DNA from: Camelus dromedarius
Lineage: Eukaryota
Length of the DNA: 64,000 nt
NCBI RefSeq assembly: GCF_036321535.1
Contig: NC_087437.1
Span: 28,336,001 to 28,400,000, forward strand
Direction: 5' to 3'
Below, piece after piece: positions 13,690 through 26,200 of this stretch (positions are counted from its first letter, which is position 1; each line of letters starts with the position of its first letter). The notes under the pieces are model-generated. The model saw nothing but the letters and a program-made list of their open reading frames with translations, did not search any database and was not told the DNA's origin. The translations under genes were made by a program, and so were the position numbers.

Positions 13690-13866
13690 GTGGGGTTTTT
13701 TTTTAATTTTTTGTACAATTTTTATTGATTGATTGATTGATTTGGGGGGGAGGTAATTAGGTTGGTTGGTTGGTTGGTTGGTTTTTAGAGGCGGTACTGG
13801 GGATTGAACCCAGGACTTCATGCATGCTGAGCATGCACCTACCACTGAGACATATCCTCCCCCTCA
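13690..13866 (-). mobile_element. tRNA-derived SINE (camelid Vic-1-like) with a 14-bp target-site duplication
   Basis: Minus strand reads gggggaggatatgtctcagtggtaggtgcatgctcagcatgcatgaagtcctgggttcaatccccagtacc, with Pol III A and B boxes and an (AACC)n/(AATC)n/A-rich tail. Perfect TSD tagtcactagtttt at 13676-13689 and 13867-13880. Confidence 0.92.
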
Positions 13867-15429
13867 TAGTCACTAGTTTTACAATCTGTCCTTAGCTCCT
13901 CTGAAAGATGATAAAGTATGGCCATTATTATTAATGAAAATATTTTACTATCATTATTTGTTTAGCAGAGAGAGACAACAACCTAAGCTTAAGCTCAGTA
14001 CACGGGCGAGATTGCCCAGTGGGGTCCTTAGAAGGCTTACATTAAATAAGCCTGGAGTTTGCAAACCATATCAACAAGCAATGAACTGAAAGGTATGTTG
14101 TTTAAGTCCTGTTTACTCTGTGGGCACTTTTTTTGACTCACTGCTGCAAGTAACTGTAAAAACTCCTCAGGAGCTAAGATAGTTTAAGTTGTCAACTGCA
14201 TGAAAGAGGCCATAATCCATGGATCATTGACCAGACAGACAGTGAGAGGTAGGCTGTCATATTGAAGCCTAGTGATAGTGTTGATTGTAGCCTGCTGAAC
14301 TGGAGGATGAACTAAAAATCCTTCTGAGTCTTGAAGGGACTTCTCAACTGGAAAGAACCGTTCAGTCAGTAACTCAGTATTTATCCCAGGTTCTCCCAAA
14401 TACTTCCCAGCTCTGTTCTTGTCTAGACTACGAACTACACTAGTTCTTTCAGGCCCAAAAAGTCACAAGGCTTCAGCTCAGGAAAGTCCAGTTTCATTTA
14501 CTGCCATGCACAAATAATGTGATTAAGCCTTCCTGCCTGAAGGTCTCTGCTGCTTCTGCTTTTTTCAGCAAAATTCTGTAGACCCATCAGCAGGGGCCTA
14601 AATGACATACATTTTTCTACACTGGTATCTCTCATTTGTGCTTGTGATAGGCAGGGGGGCAAAGAACGCACATAATGCAAAGAGATGAAAGACCTCATAA
14701 AACAATGCCTGGGACCTTGACTGCCATCTCCTAGCGTAGCTTCTAAAAGTGATAATCATGAAAGAGTACGCTTCAACTGAGAGTATTCTAGGAAGATCTA
14801 AGTAAGTCATAGCGGCCAAGTCAATGTGGAGCTCAGCTTAGTGTTTAAGAAAGAGATAGCACATTGGAGGACTAAAGTCTTCTCTTAAAGGAGGATGTTG
14901 CCCATTTCTTAGCCATCTATCATGTAACCAAGAATCACATGATGTTCCTGGAATAAGGGTGACCCTAGAAGTGAAAATACCCTGCTGAACTACTCCAGTT
15001 AGATCCCTTTAACCCTTGAGCCACGCATTCACCCAGAAGCTTTGTGTTCGTTCAAGACTGGCTAAATAATTTTGGAGGGGGTTCAGTGAAAAATAAAAAT
15101 GTGGGGCCCTTTCTTCAAAAAGCATTGAGAAATTGAAGATGGGGATAGCAGAGAATTAAAGCAACAGTGGGTTCTTCTCAGTCTCATACTCAGGAGGTCA
15201 CTACCCACGGGACATTATGCATAACACAGAGGACAAAAATAGGAATTTGAATAAGAAATAATTCTCTCCTTCAAGGAGCTTACCGTCTAGTAGGGGAGAT
15301 AAGACATGTCCAAAATCTGTAAGTCAAGGATGGATAATTACATAAAAAATGTTCAGTCCTTGGGTTTAAAGAAGGAATGGAGGAGGACAACTTTTGCTGC
15401 CAAGGAAGGGTGTTCCATGTAGGTGCAAT

Positions 15430-15820
15430 TCCCTCTCTCATGCTATTCAATGGTCACACTTGTCTTCTTCAGAAAGTTTTTCAATGCATATGAAAATGCT
15501 ATTCCTTCTGATTTCCACCTAATCTTTTCTTAGCTAACCCTCTCTGTACTTTGGATCTCACAGCATTACTAACTGAGAGACCCCCAAATCTCCAAATTTT
15601 AATTGGTTCACCCTGTTTTGCTGTCATGGCTCTCTGAACCTTTCCTTCCCAGTGTTTATTGTATATTTTCAGTTTTATATTTAACTTAATGATTTTGGCT
15701 TCATTTACTGTAAGTTCTATAAGTGCAAGGACTATTCGTCAGTTGTTCACTGCCATCTCTCCACTTCTTAGACTGGGGCCAAGGACATGGTGACACTTGT
15801 AGATATTTATTAAATATATT
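15430..15820 (+). mobile_element. L2 LINE 3' region
   Basis: ctgtaagttctataagtgcaaggactattcgtcagttgttcactgccatctctccac...atatttattaaat. Confidence 0.65.
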
Positions 15821-18800
15821 AAATATAAATCCTGACTGAGGTAGATGTAAGGGATAAGAAGCTGAGAGAAAGATAATGTAAATAAAAAAGTTGAATAAAC
15901 CTACAAGTTATAATTGGAAAATATAAAGTAGGGTTTGGTTTATGGTAGGAAATGGAAACAAAGTACTTGAGAAGATGGATGGGTCACACTGTAGAAATGC
16001 TTGAGACTCCAACAGGAGTTCGTATATAACAGTAGAAAAGGGGGAATGGCTAAAGGTTATTGTTGGATTTTTTTTAACCCAATAACTCTTTTTTTTAAGC
16101 AGAATATAAGAAAATACAAAATAGAGTAGTATTTTAAACAAAAGTGCTCCTAAGCAAGTTAAGGAGTTTTTTGGAACAGATGATCATCTAAAAAGCAGAT
16201 TTAAAGAAAGTTAAGACATGCATTTGAATAGAAGGAAAGGATTGGGGGAGGATACATGGAAACAAATATGAAGGTAAAAAAACACTTATTATTTTGTTCA
16301 TAGAGTGATTGAATTTAGTCATTTAACTTATCAGTCGTGGGAAACACTTTTTAAAACAACCATTTTCCTTTCCTCTAACCCCTTGTTGAATTAATAGAGA
16401 AACTATTAACTACAGTACATTTGCCTAAAATAAGGAACTTAAGTTGAGAAACACGGGTAAGTTCAGTCTACACTAACCACATACAAAGTTTCATTTTCAG
16501 TCATTTTAACTTAAAGAACTGCAAAGAGAGACTTACTCTTCAATACTGTTGCTTTTTCAGTGAGTCTTAAATGTCTGTGAAAAAAATTACCATTCACTAG
16601 AATTCATGTTGCTCAGAAGCATCTCAAGATGTTCTGAAATTTAAGTATTTAAGTGAAAGAAATAAAATCCCACCTCCCCCTCAAAATTCAGGAGCTAACA
16701 AAAAAAATACAAAAATATGTCCATCCTTGGAAAAAACTTTTTATGTAAATTAGATTATGAAAGAGAAACGAAATAAACCCATTTGTAAAATACACACACA
16801 CACACACACACACAAAACGCTGCCTATTCAATAAGCACTTGTCAAGCTTGTTTATTAAAGTGCTTTCAAGTGTGGATGTAAGGCGACAATACAACCACTG
16901 CCTCTACTAAAAGAAAACAAAATGCTGGATTAAAGTAGGAGAGAAATGATCTCTGCACTCTCCACGATAGGCGCGTCATTTCACATCTTGATATATTGCT
17001 ACCGAACATGGCATGTGAAGTTGGATGATAGTGAAAGAATTGTTGAAATTTAATGATTGCAACACATGCTTTAAAACTCAAGGCTTCTATGACTGGGTTT
17101 ATGACTCAGATGTCATTCCTAATAGGGTTATTTTTTTTGTTGCTGTTCAGTTTTTAAACTCCTACTAGTTAATCTATGAAGATGAATCATCGCCTGCTTC
17201 AGTTCCTTCATCCATTTTAAGACTTTTTTTCAAACGCCCAAATTGTTAATCAAGCCAATGAATATTAGTAATTATTCACTCGTGGTTTCAACATGCATTA
17301 ATTGTCTATGATATAATAAGAACCTTGCCAAGTGCTCATGATACAGAGAATAATAAGATAACATACCCCCAGAATAATAATTTTCAGTGCTCTATCTTCT
17401 ACTTTGTTAATTGTCCCGAAAAATATTGAACATACATATGGTTGGTCCACTATGTAAAGTAATAGTGATACAAAAATATTTTGTTTCTCACACCAAGAAG
17501 TTCATAGATGGTATTCCTGAGGTTTGACTAAAGCACAATATGCATCAAAAATAATGTAAACAATATTTCGATATCTATTTTCCTAGCTCTGGAGGGAAAA
17601 GATTGGCTTTGCTGCAAGACAGTGAATAGAGACATGAAGAATAAACAAACATCCTTTTGCAAAGAGAGTCTCTGTTTCTGCCATAGTAGTTGCATTGCAT
17701 TTGCTTTTTTTGCATTTAATTTTTATTACTGATGTTTTAAAAAGTCATTGCAAAATGTTCTCAGATTCCCCCTCATTTTCTGATAAAAGCATTGAGGTGG
17801 AGAAGGTGTATGGTCTGTTTGACTTTAGAAGAAATATTCATGGTTAGATAAAGGAGAAAAGTGCATTGAGAGAGATTTCATTGCGTGGGGCAAGTAAGCA
17901 CACGCCGATGTTAGCTAGCACCAGCACCGCCAACGGCACCGTCAAGCCATAGACAAGGCTAGGTGATTTAGTTTCTGACTGCCTGGTCTGTGGTTTGACT
18001 ACTGTTTCCCACATCTTGAAGAAGCAAACGAGATTTTAGAGCAGTAGTGTTAACAGCTTCCCTGACTTGGGAAAAATTTGTAGGAAAGAAACCAAATCAG
18101 TGTTTGCAATATTTATCAATATAAATCTAAATGAAACTTAGCTCCATTTTCATTTTCTATTGTTTTATGAACATATTCATATTTATTTCGCATTGACAAG
18201 TTCTCTTAGAAGTTGAAGAAGCTCAGGCCCCTCTTTGTCTTTATGTTGATGTTATAAATAGGTGGAGGAGACAAAACTCTGCTCTTGAAACCAAAAAAGT
18301 TGCTGACATCATACATGCCCCTGTGATATAGGCATACCTCTCAATGGTCTTAAGTATTTACGTACTGCTTAAATCACTGTTACTTTAAGGACTTGGTTTG
18401 TGGGGTTTTCTATTTGTTTTGATTGTTTTGGTTGTATTTTCGCTTTTGTTTTTGTTTTGCTTTTAGTTTTTAATCTGTAGAGTTAGTCACAGCTTCCTAA
18501 GAAAAGAGAAGATTAAATTGTTAATGTTTAAAAAGAACCCTAAAGCTAAGCCCTCTGCTCACCTCCCTGGAAGTCGTAAGGGTGTGGTAAGCAGGGAATG
18601 GATTTGGGGAAGGTCATAAAAGCACACAGACGTGCTTTGGTTGTCCTTTTGTGAGATTATTGCAAAAATGAACCCTGCCTGCAGAGGCCAACCTGAGACA
18701 TCGCAAGGGCACTGAAAATGCCTCAAAGAAAGCAATGGCCTCAAACATGCCGTACACAGAGCTGGGGCTGTTGGGTGAGGGGGAGCCCTGAGTGCCAGCA

Positions 18801-18826
18801 CTGATTCCACTGCAACCGTTTATAAC

Positions 18827-18990
18827 ACAGATTCTCAAAGTGGAGCAAATTTTCCTGGATGAGCCATTGAAACATAGATTGTTGGGCCCCATCTGCAGAG
18901 CTTCTGATTCAGTAGGTCTGTGTTGGGGCTCAAGAATTTTTAACTGGTCTTCAAGTGATGCCAGTGTCTCTGATGAGACTATTGAAAGAG
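18827..18990. mobile_element. MER5A-like hAT-Charlie DNA transposon
   Basis: gattctcaaagtg...gattgttgggccccatctgcagagcttctgattcagtaggtctgtgttggggctcaagaatt. Confidence 0.8.
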
Positions 18991-19112
18991 GAGTATGAAT
19001 GAAATCCAGGGCCATGTAAGGAAAGTAAATGTGAGAAGCTGCCACAATAGAAAGTGATAGAGCTTGCGTGAGAGACATGAACGTGCTCTGTCTGAAGTAT
19101 TCAAATTGGAAG

Positions 19113-19114
<2 letters not shown>

Positions 19115-19166
<52 letters not shown>

Positions 19167-19175
19167 TAATAATAA
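19115..19175. repeat. (TAA)n microsatellite, about 20 units with one interruption
   Basis: Seen directly. Confidence 0.97.
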
Positions 19176-19559
19176 ATGCTGTCCTAGCTAAACTAAAAGA
19201 ATATGAGCCTGATTCATCCTGTTTGCTTCCTGAACTTAAAGATCTCTTAGAGTCCTTCTTTACAATATTGAGATCCTAAATACTCCAAATATAAACTTGA
19301 TTATGACTTGAATAAATTTAGTCGCTGTATTTTGATAGCAGAAAACTTAAGCTCATGGAGAAAGTTAGAAAATGGTAATGGGAAAAACCACAGCAAAACA
19401 TCTCAACACAACAGACTTTTTAAAAATAATTCCATGCACTTAGCAGCTTATGGGTAGGCTGCCACCTGCTAATGGAAGCTCAGGAGCAGCAAATAAAAGT
19501 CTTGGGCAATGAGTAACTTGCTGTAATATGTATCCAGTGGCTGAGATGCAAGGAGAAGG

Positions 19560-19800
19560 AAACCAGGTTACTGGGTGCCTACTGTGTGCCATGATCTCTC
19601 CTAGGAACACTCGAATGTTCTTCTCATTTATCCTTACAACCACTGTATGAGATGGTATCACTAAAACATTTTACAGATGAGAAATCTGAAAGACTCAGAA
19701 AAATCAGGAAACTTGCCCAGTGTCACATATTTAGCAAGTGTGAGATCTGAGTGCTAAGACCTGTCTTACTCCGATAGCCATTTTGGTTTTTATTGTATCA
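19560..19800 (-). mobile_element. MIR SINE
   Basis: ttctcatttatccttacaaccactgtatgagatggt...attttacagatgagaaatctga...aacttgcccagtgtcaca. Confidence 0.8.
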
Positions 19801-20009
19801 CTGGCTTTCCCTCGGCTGGAGAACTGAGAATATTGAGAATTCTGTCTCTACATTAAACCCTTCCCTTGTTCTGCTTTCCTATCTATAAGTAAAATGACCA
19901 AATTCCTCCCCCGCCCTTTTTTTTTACAGTCAAATACCACAGCCACTACTATCCTAGAAAACAGACCATCCGATCAGTTAGTTCATCAAAGTGCTTTGAA
20001 GAAAGTGAG

Positions 20010-20235
20010 GTAACATGAAAAGAGCAGAAGTTTTAGGGGCCGACTGACCTAGATTTAAATCCTGATTCCATCACTTGTCACTCTGCTTTTCTGGGTGACA
20101 CACCAGGGTGAGGTAAATATATAAATTATGTATTATATCCAATTTATAGGAGAATAATCAGACCAAGGTGGCACACCTGAGAATTAAATGACCGAGCATA
20201 CTTCCTGTCATACTGCAACAGTTACAGAAATATTA
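20010..20235 (+). mobile_element. MIR SINE remnant
   Basis: aaagagcagaagttttagg..gacctagatttaaatcctgattccatcactt. Confidence 0.5.
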
Positions 20236-23200
20236 CCTTCTTCTACTTTTCTCTGTGCCGTGTTATAAGCCAGAACACTCAGAAAATGTTTTTACTACTT
20301 GTTAAGGGCTCTCTTGTTTTTCTCAGCAGTCTCTTATCTTAACTCTTTTACTTTTGTTTCCTCTGCCACTAGTCTCTTCCGCTTTGCAATGCTTCTAATC
20401 TTTCACTGAGCAAAAATGTCTTTTGTCTCATTACCTCCTTAGAAAATGCATACTCCCCAAGACCCTAACATTCTCTGGAGACAAGATGCTGTCTGAACAC
20501 AAAGTTTAAGCAGCCTGAAATTGCACATGCATAATTATGCTCCATAATTTAGTTTTTTATGTTTATATTCTTTGGCAATTAGTTTTAATCTTTCCTAATT
20601 ATAAGAAATAAATATGCTAATTGTAGAAAATGCTAAAAATACAGACATCCATTTTGAAAAGAAAAGGTCCTCCAAAATCCTGCAATCCAGGAGAAAAACC
20701 TACATTGTTAATATTCTCAAATAGTTTCTTACAGGCTTACACTCTGTGTGTGTGTATCCGGGTATCTGTGTGTGTGTCTTTATAAATGAAAACTTAGGGC
20801 TTACTTTACCTAAATTATATCATATTGTTTTTCCTTTGTCATTATAAGATGACTTAATAACATAGTTTTTAATGGTTGCATAATGTTTCATCATATAGCT
20901 ATCGATGACTTTTTAATTTTTTTTTTGTTTATAATCCCCACCCCCAGGAAAGGAGTCACAATATAAATATCTATTTAAATTACCATTGCTTCAAAAGTAG
21001 GACTAACAAGAACAGACAAGGTATAATGCATGTTCAGTCTCATAATGGTTTACTTAATAACTTGAAGAAAGTGTAGCATGTACAGCTGGGATTTGGCAAC
21101 AGAAGAATTAATTAAAATATAAAAATTCAATATCACTTGGTGACTCAGGAATGGTTTTATAATTTTATGTTATATATCATTATTGTGAAAATGCTCATAA
21201 TATTTTGAACTGACATACCATTTTTGTTACTGTTTGGAAAGCAATCATTTTCTATAAGTAACTGTTGAAGCAAATGAAAGTAAAAATGACTTTTGTATCT
21301 TTATATTTCTATGATATAAATAGTATTTTTCAAGAAGGGAAATATTGGCTCCTAACCTTAAACAAAATAATATGATAGATGGATAGGGGCTTATATACTC
21401 ACTGAATGAAGAAAATTTCAGATTTTAGATTATGATTTTTATTGTTTCATATTCAAATTGCTCTGTCTACTCTTTATTCATATCTGCTATATGAATCTAG
21501 GTAATTTTCTCATTCAGTGACCCTCAGTTTTCTAACCTGCAAAATGAAGGCAATTGAACTAGACACTTGCTTAGGTTCATAATAGCCCTAAAATCATGAA
21601 TTTCTATATTCAAAAGGTTAATTATTTTGTTTTTGAAGTCAAATCATAATAAAATCATATTAGATACCTTGTTTTTGAAAATGCAAAAGAATATGCTTAA
21701 AAAGCTTTATTAGGTTTTTACCACACACACTGTTATATATTGGTTATATTAAACTTCAGACATTAAAAAAATTGCAAAAAATATCCTGGTTAACTATAGC
21801 CACTGATTATATAGAACTGTATTGTGGGTGCTTCCATAATTCATCATAATGATCATTACTTAATGTTTATGGAATTTCAACAAAAAGTTCTATAAAGAGT
21901 ATAAATCCAACTGGCCAGTGACCAAAGTCTAATTAAATAGCTCTAATATAATACACTGTCATACAGACACATGTAGGCACTAAACATGCATTTAAAAAAA
22001 AATCTTATTATCAGAGCACTATTAGTTTTGACAAGACAGTCATTTCAGTAAGGGACAATGAATGAAAATATTCCTTTATCTTTTACGATAAAGGATTACA
22101 TAAGAAAAATGTCTTAATCAGAATTTCACTAGCTTACAATATTTGATAGTATAGATTATTTTGGTTGGCCCAGTAAATACAGTCCATACAAAGTTACTTT
22201 TGAGGAGTGTTTTAGGAGGTACAATTTTATCATATGAAAGCACATTATAATGTCCATTCTTGTTAGCAGGGCCTCTTTGGCTTCTTTTGGACCCTTTTAT
22301 CTAAATACATTTTCATTTTCTTTACTTATATCTAAACAATGCCAATATGTTTGGTCAAAACCTAGAAGAAAGGTAGTCAAACTTCTGTCAGAATTGACAA
22401 CATCGTTCATTGCTTCCATTTGTCACATGGACACAGTGGGGGCCTGGAGGCGGGGTCAGAATCATGATAGACATCACCAGAGGACCCCTTGGGACACGAC
22501 GTGATCAGTATGGCTTCTGCGCTTCACTCCTATTTGACAAATTGCTCAGACTTTCTCAGGAGATGTGTAGAAACATGTTTGAGGCGTAGCATGCTTGTCT
22601 TATTTTGCAGATAAAGAGTCTTTGGCATTAGCCGCGCAGACTTCTTGGAACATAACCGTTTTTAATGGCAAGCTACCATGTCCTTTAACAAAAATCTTCC
22701 TTCACGTTTTTCTCTAAGCAGTTTGCTTACTTCCATGTTACTGTTTACTCCTTTCTTTATAAAAGCCTAAAATGCCTTGCATTTTGGCACAGTGAACTAA
22801 TTTCATTTTTTGGCTTCTAAAGTATTTAAAACAAACAGAAAATGTTGATTGCTTGAACTTTAATTTTCTTATCAATTGATATTCCTGATCTTTTAAAAGG
22901 AACTAATGTCTGAAGGTATAAAGAGGCCACCATTTCAGTAATAAAAATAAATAAGAAGAAAGCATGGTCATTTACTATTTTCAACTACCAAAATTTGTGG
23001 CAAAGAATCAAAATGTGGGTATACCAACCTGCAAAATAGCAGTAGTTAAAATATAAGCTGTTTAACATTAACTTTAATGTTAGCAACCTTGCAAATGCCT
23101 TCTCTGCAAGCCAGGGCCTTGTAGAAGCCATAAAAGGGAAGGAATATAATTTCGTTTGCTGGCACTTACTGAAAAGCTAAAATAGAAGAGTCACAGAAAT

Positions 23201-26200
23201 CTTACTTGCCAGCTCTAACTGAGGGAGTTGTGAAACATCATCTCAGAAGATTGTATGTTATCGTAAAAATGTTGTAGTTACTGTGTTATAAACTATGTTT
23301 TATAGGAGTTGAAACTTTTGTTTAGCTGAAAATTACTTAGAGCAACAAGCAGCAATTAAGTAACATAGCAAGATCCACACATGTTTTTTCAAACTATATT
23401 CCCTACTGTGATATGGAAATTTTAAAATTTAGCTTTAAGTTGAAATATGATAATCCATTTTTTACTCCCTGACAAGAATTGGGATTTTTGCAGTGATAGT
23501 TTCCAACTATGGTAATATAGTTTTCAAGTAATATCTTTGAAATAGTTCACTTCTTTTTCCCACTGATGGACTGTAAGAACAATAAAGCTGTATGTTATTT
23601 ATTTCATAAATTCTGAACTTTTTAAAGCAAATGTGGGCATGCGAAAGTTAGCTAAAGCTCACTTATAGTAAGAATTGGCTTGATTAATATAACCCTTTCA
23701 AGTACACCTATATGTGTATAGAGATTGTGCAGATTTTGCAAAATTCATAAGCTCTGAATTATAGATATGTATATGGAATTGTGAGTCACATAGGGGAAGT
23801 TTGAATAACATGCCACTCTGCCAGAACTCCCCCCAAATTAGTATCAGCTATGTGGTCTTTTTGCTGTTTCTGCAAAAATGCACACTTTGGTTCACCTCAG
23901 AAAAGGACTCCCTATATTACTACTGAATTATGACATTAATTCTTGTGAATTTTCAGATGTAAGTGTGAAAGCTTTATGGAATTATTTTTCATTCCTTTTC
24001 TAATTGCAATTTTTCAACCTATGTACTCTCCAAGGGAACATAACAGGAACATAAATCAACTTATATATGTGGGTTTTTTTAATAAAAACAACACTAAACT
24101 TTTCTGACTTTTTTTCTGAGATTGCTCTCGTATACTGTCTGAAAAACAAATTTATCTTAAAATTTAAATTCAGATATAAAGCCCCTTGCCAAATATGGAT
24201 TTAGCATTGTTTTTTCTTTCAGAGAACTTTGTTCCCTGTAATAACAATTTCTACTCTTGAGGCTCTAGATCTCAAAATAGTTTTAAAGTAGAAAAGTGCT
24301 TTTTAGAAGCCTAAATACTCATTTTCTGTCTTAGCTGACTTATTAATGCCTCTCTGCTTCCCTCCACTACCTTCACTCACATGCACTTCAACAAGCCTAC
24401 CACACACTATTTCCTCCCTTGATCAAGTGCTTTGCAGGGGCCTTATGGGTTGTCCATGGCCAAGGCAATGCAAATATTATGCAAGTGAGCTGCTGGGACA
24501 CATGTTAATAAAAGGTATACAATGCAATGCTATGAGCCAGCTGGCTTCTTTGTCTCCAAATACTGAGCTATTACATGTTTGCAGAATAGGTTGAGGCAAT
24601 GGATAAATTTACATACAGCTTCATGTTCTGTGGGGAAATATAGTTGATTCGGTATCAGAACAGCAAAACATGGCTCCTCTGAACCCAAAAGAGAATATCC
24701 TGACCTTGCCTCCTTCCTTATTTTAGTGGTTAAGCTCACCAAAGGCAAACACCCTTAAACTGTTTGGGGAAGTAGGTACTTTCACGGGTTTAGACTTCTC
24801 TAGACTTCTGTTTCGTATGCTCTCCAGCGCTGGCTGTGATGTTTCCTGGTGTCTTCAAACACCTGAAAAGACAAAAACCTCTGCTTTCAATTCTGCATTT
24901 GCTTCTTGTCACACTAGGAATTCTCTCTTAACCTCAGTTGCCCATGCATTTTTTTTCTTTTGTTGGCTTTCCACCCATGATGTTCCTTAACTTAATTTAC
25001 TGCTTTGAATTTCTATGTTGAAGACCATCCATTTCCTGTATATTTCCCTCCTCACTCTTCACTGCAGCTATCAATGCTCTGATGCCCACTCTTCTTAAAA
25101 AGATAAAAGAATAAGATAAAAGTAGAAATTGAGGGATTATTTTAAATCTCAAGTAGTAAAAGTATTAATGTTACACCTGGCTGGTATGAATCTGGCATGA
25201 ATTACGGATGTTACACCTTGCTAGTATGAACAACTCAAATATTCAAGGAATTGCATATTCTTTTACAGTCATAATTTTAAAAATTTAATTCTGACCCTGA
25301 GACCCCTTTCCACTGGGATGACAGGAATTCAACCCCAGGCATCTTCTATCATCCCCACCTTACCTCACCTCACCCTCCCCTGGCCCCAGAGCTGTACTTG
25401 TGGAAAGAAATCAAATGAGATACAAAGGCAGTAGCAGGTTGTACCTTCATAAGAATTTGCTCCTCCCCTAATTAGGACCATCTGATTGTTGATCCTGCTT
25501 TAACAGATCTGCATTGTCAATAGAAATCATTGAGTTTTTATTTTTGTGTGAATTATCTCATATCGTATGTGTTTACTTAAATGATGCAATTTATATAAAA
25601 TACAGCTTTGAAGCACGTCATGCATTAGGGTCCCAAACTCTAGTGTCTCTCCTATTCCCCATAGTATTGGAGTTATGGAATCTCTGCAAAGACTAAACCA
25701 ATATGCCAAACACTTTCTCCAGGTCCACCTGATACAAGAAGGCTTTCCTTTCCTTTTACCAAAGCTTTGTTGAGCACCTGCTGTTTCAGAGGCACTGTGC
25801 TGACAATTTATTGTCTTATTTTACATTTGTACCTAAGAAAATAATTCCCTACTAACACTAAAGCATGTCTTTGCTGTATATGCAAACTCTGTCAGCATCT
25901 CCCTCTCCTGAACCCCCTGCCTCCACTTTAATTGGGTAGTTTTGTCCCTAAACATACTGGATAGGTTAACTCCTTATTCCAAGTCACCTGTGTAACCAGA
26001 AGACTCATTCATTCCTGGTACCACCTCAGAGAATATAGGATCCCTACCACCCAAAATGAACCACTGAGTTCGCTCCTTCAGAGTATCGGTGCAATTATGA
26101 ATCACTGTACTGTCAGCCTGAAGCTTATATACCAATGTACACCAACTGTAGCTCAATTTTTTGAAAAGTTGGTCCATGATATAGATCAGTCTGAACCTAG

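Noticed and set aside
13780..13862. tRNA gene
   Set aside because: It has A/B boxes but also a simple-repeat tail and a TSD, and no intact cloverleaf. It is a SINE.
18559..19078. 154-aa ORF and overlapping ORFs
   Set aside because: They run through a MER5A-like transposon and show no protein resemblance.
20529..20540. 12-bp palindrome gcataattatgc
   Set aside because: Expected by chance several times in 64 kb of AT-rich DNA.
22611..22717. Plus-strand acceptor tattttgcag followed by a short frame (DKESLALAAQTSW...)
   Set aside because: No donor, no partner exons and no recognisable peptide.
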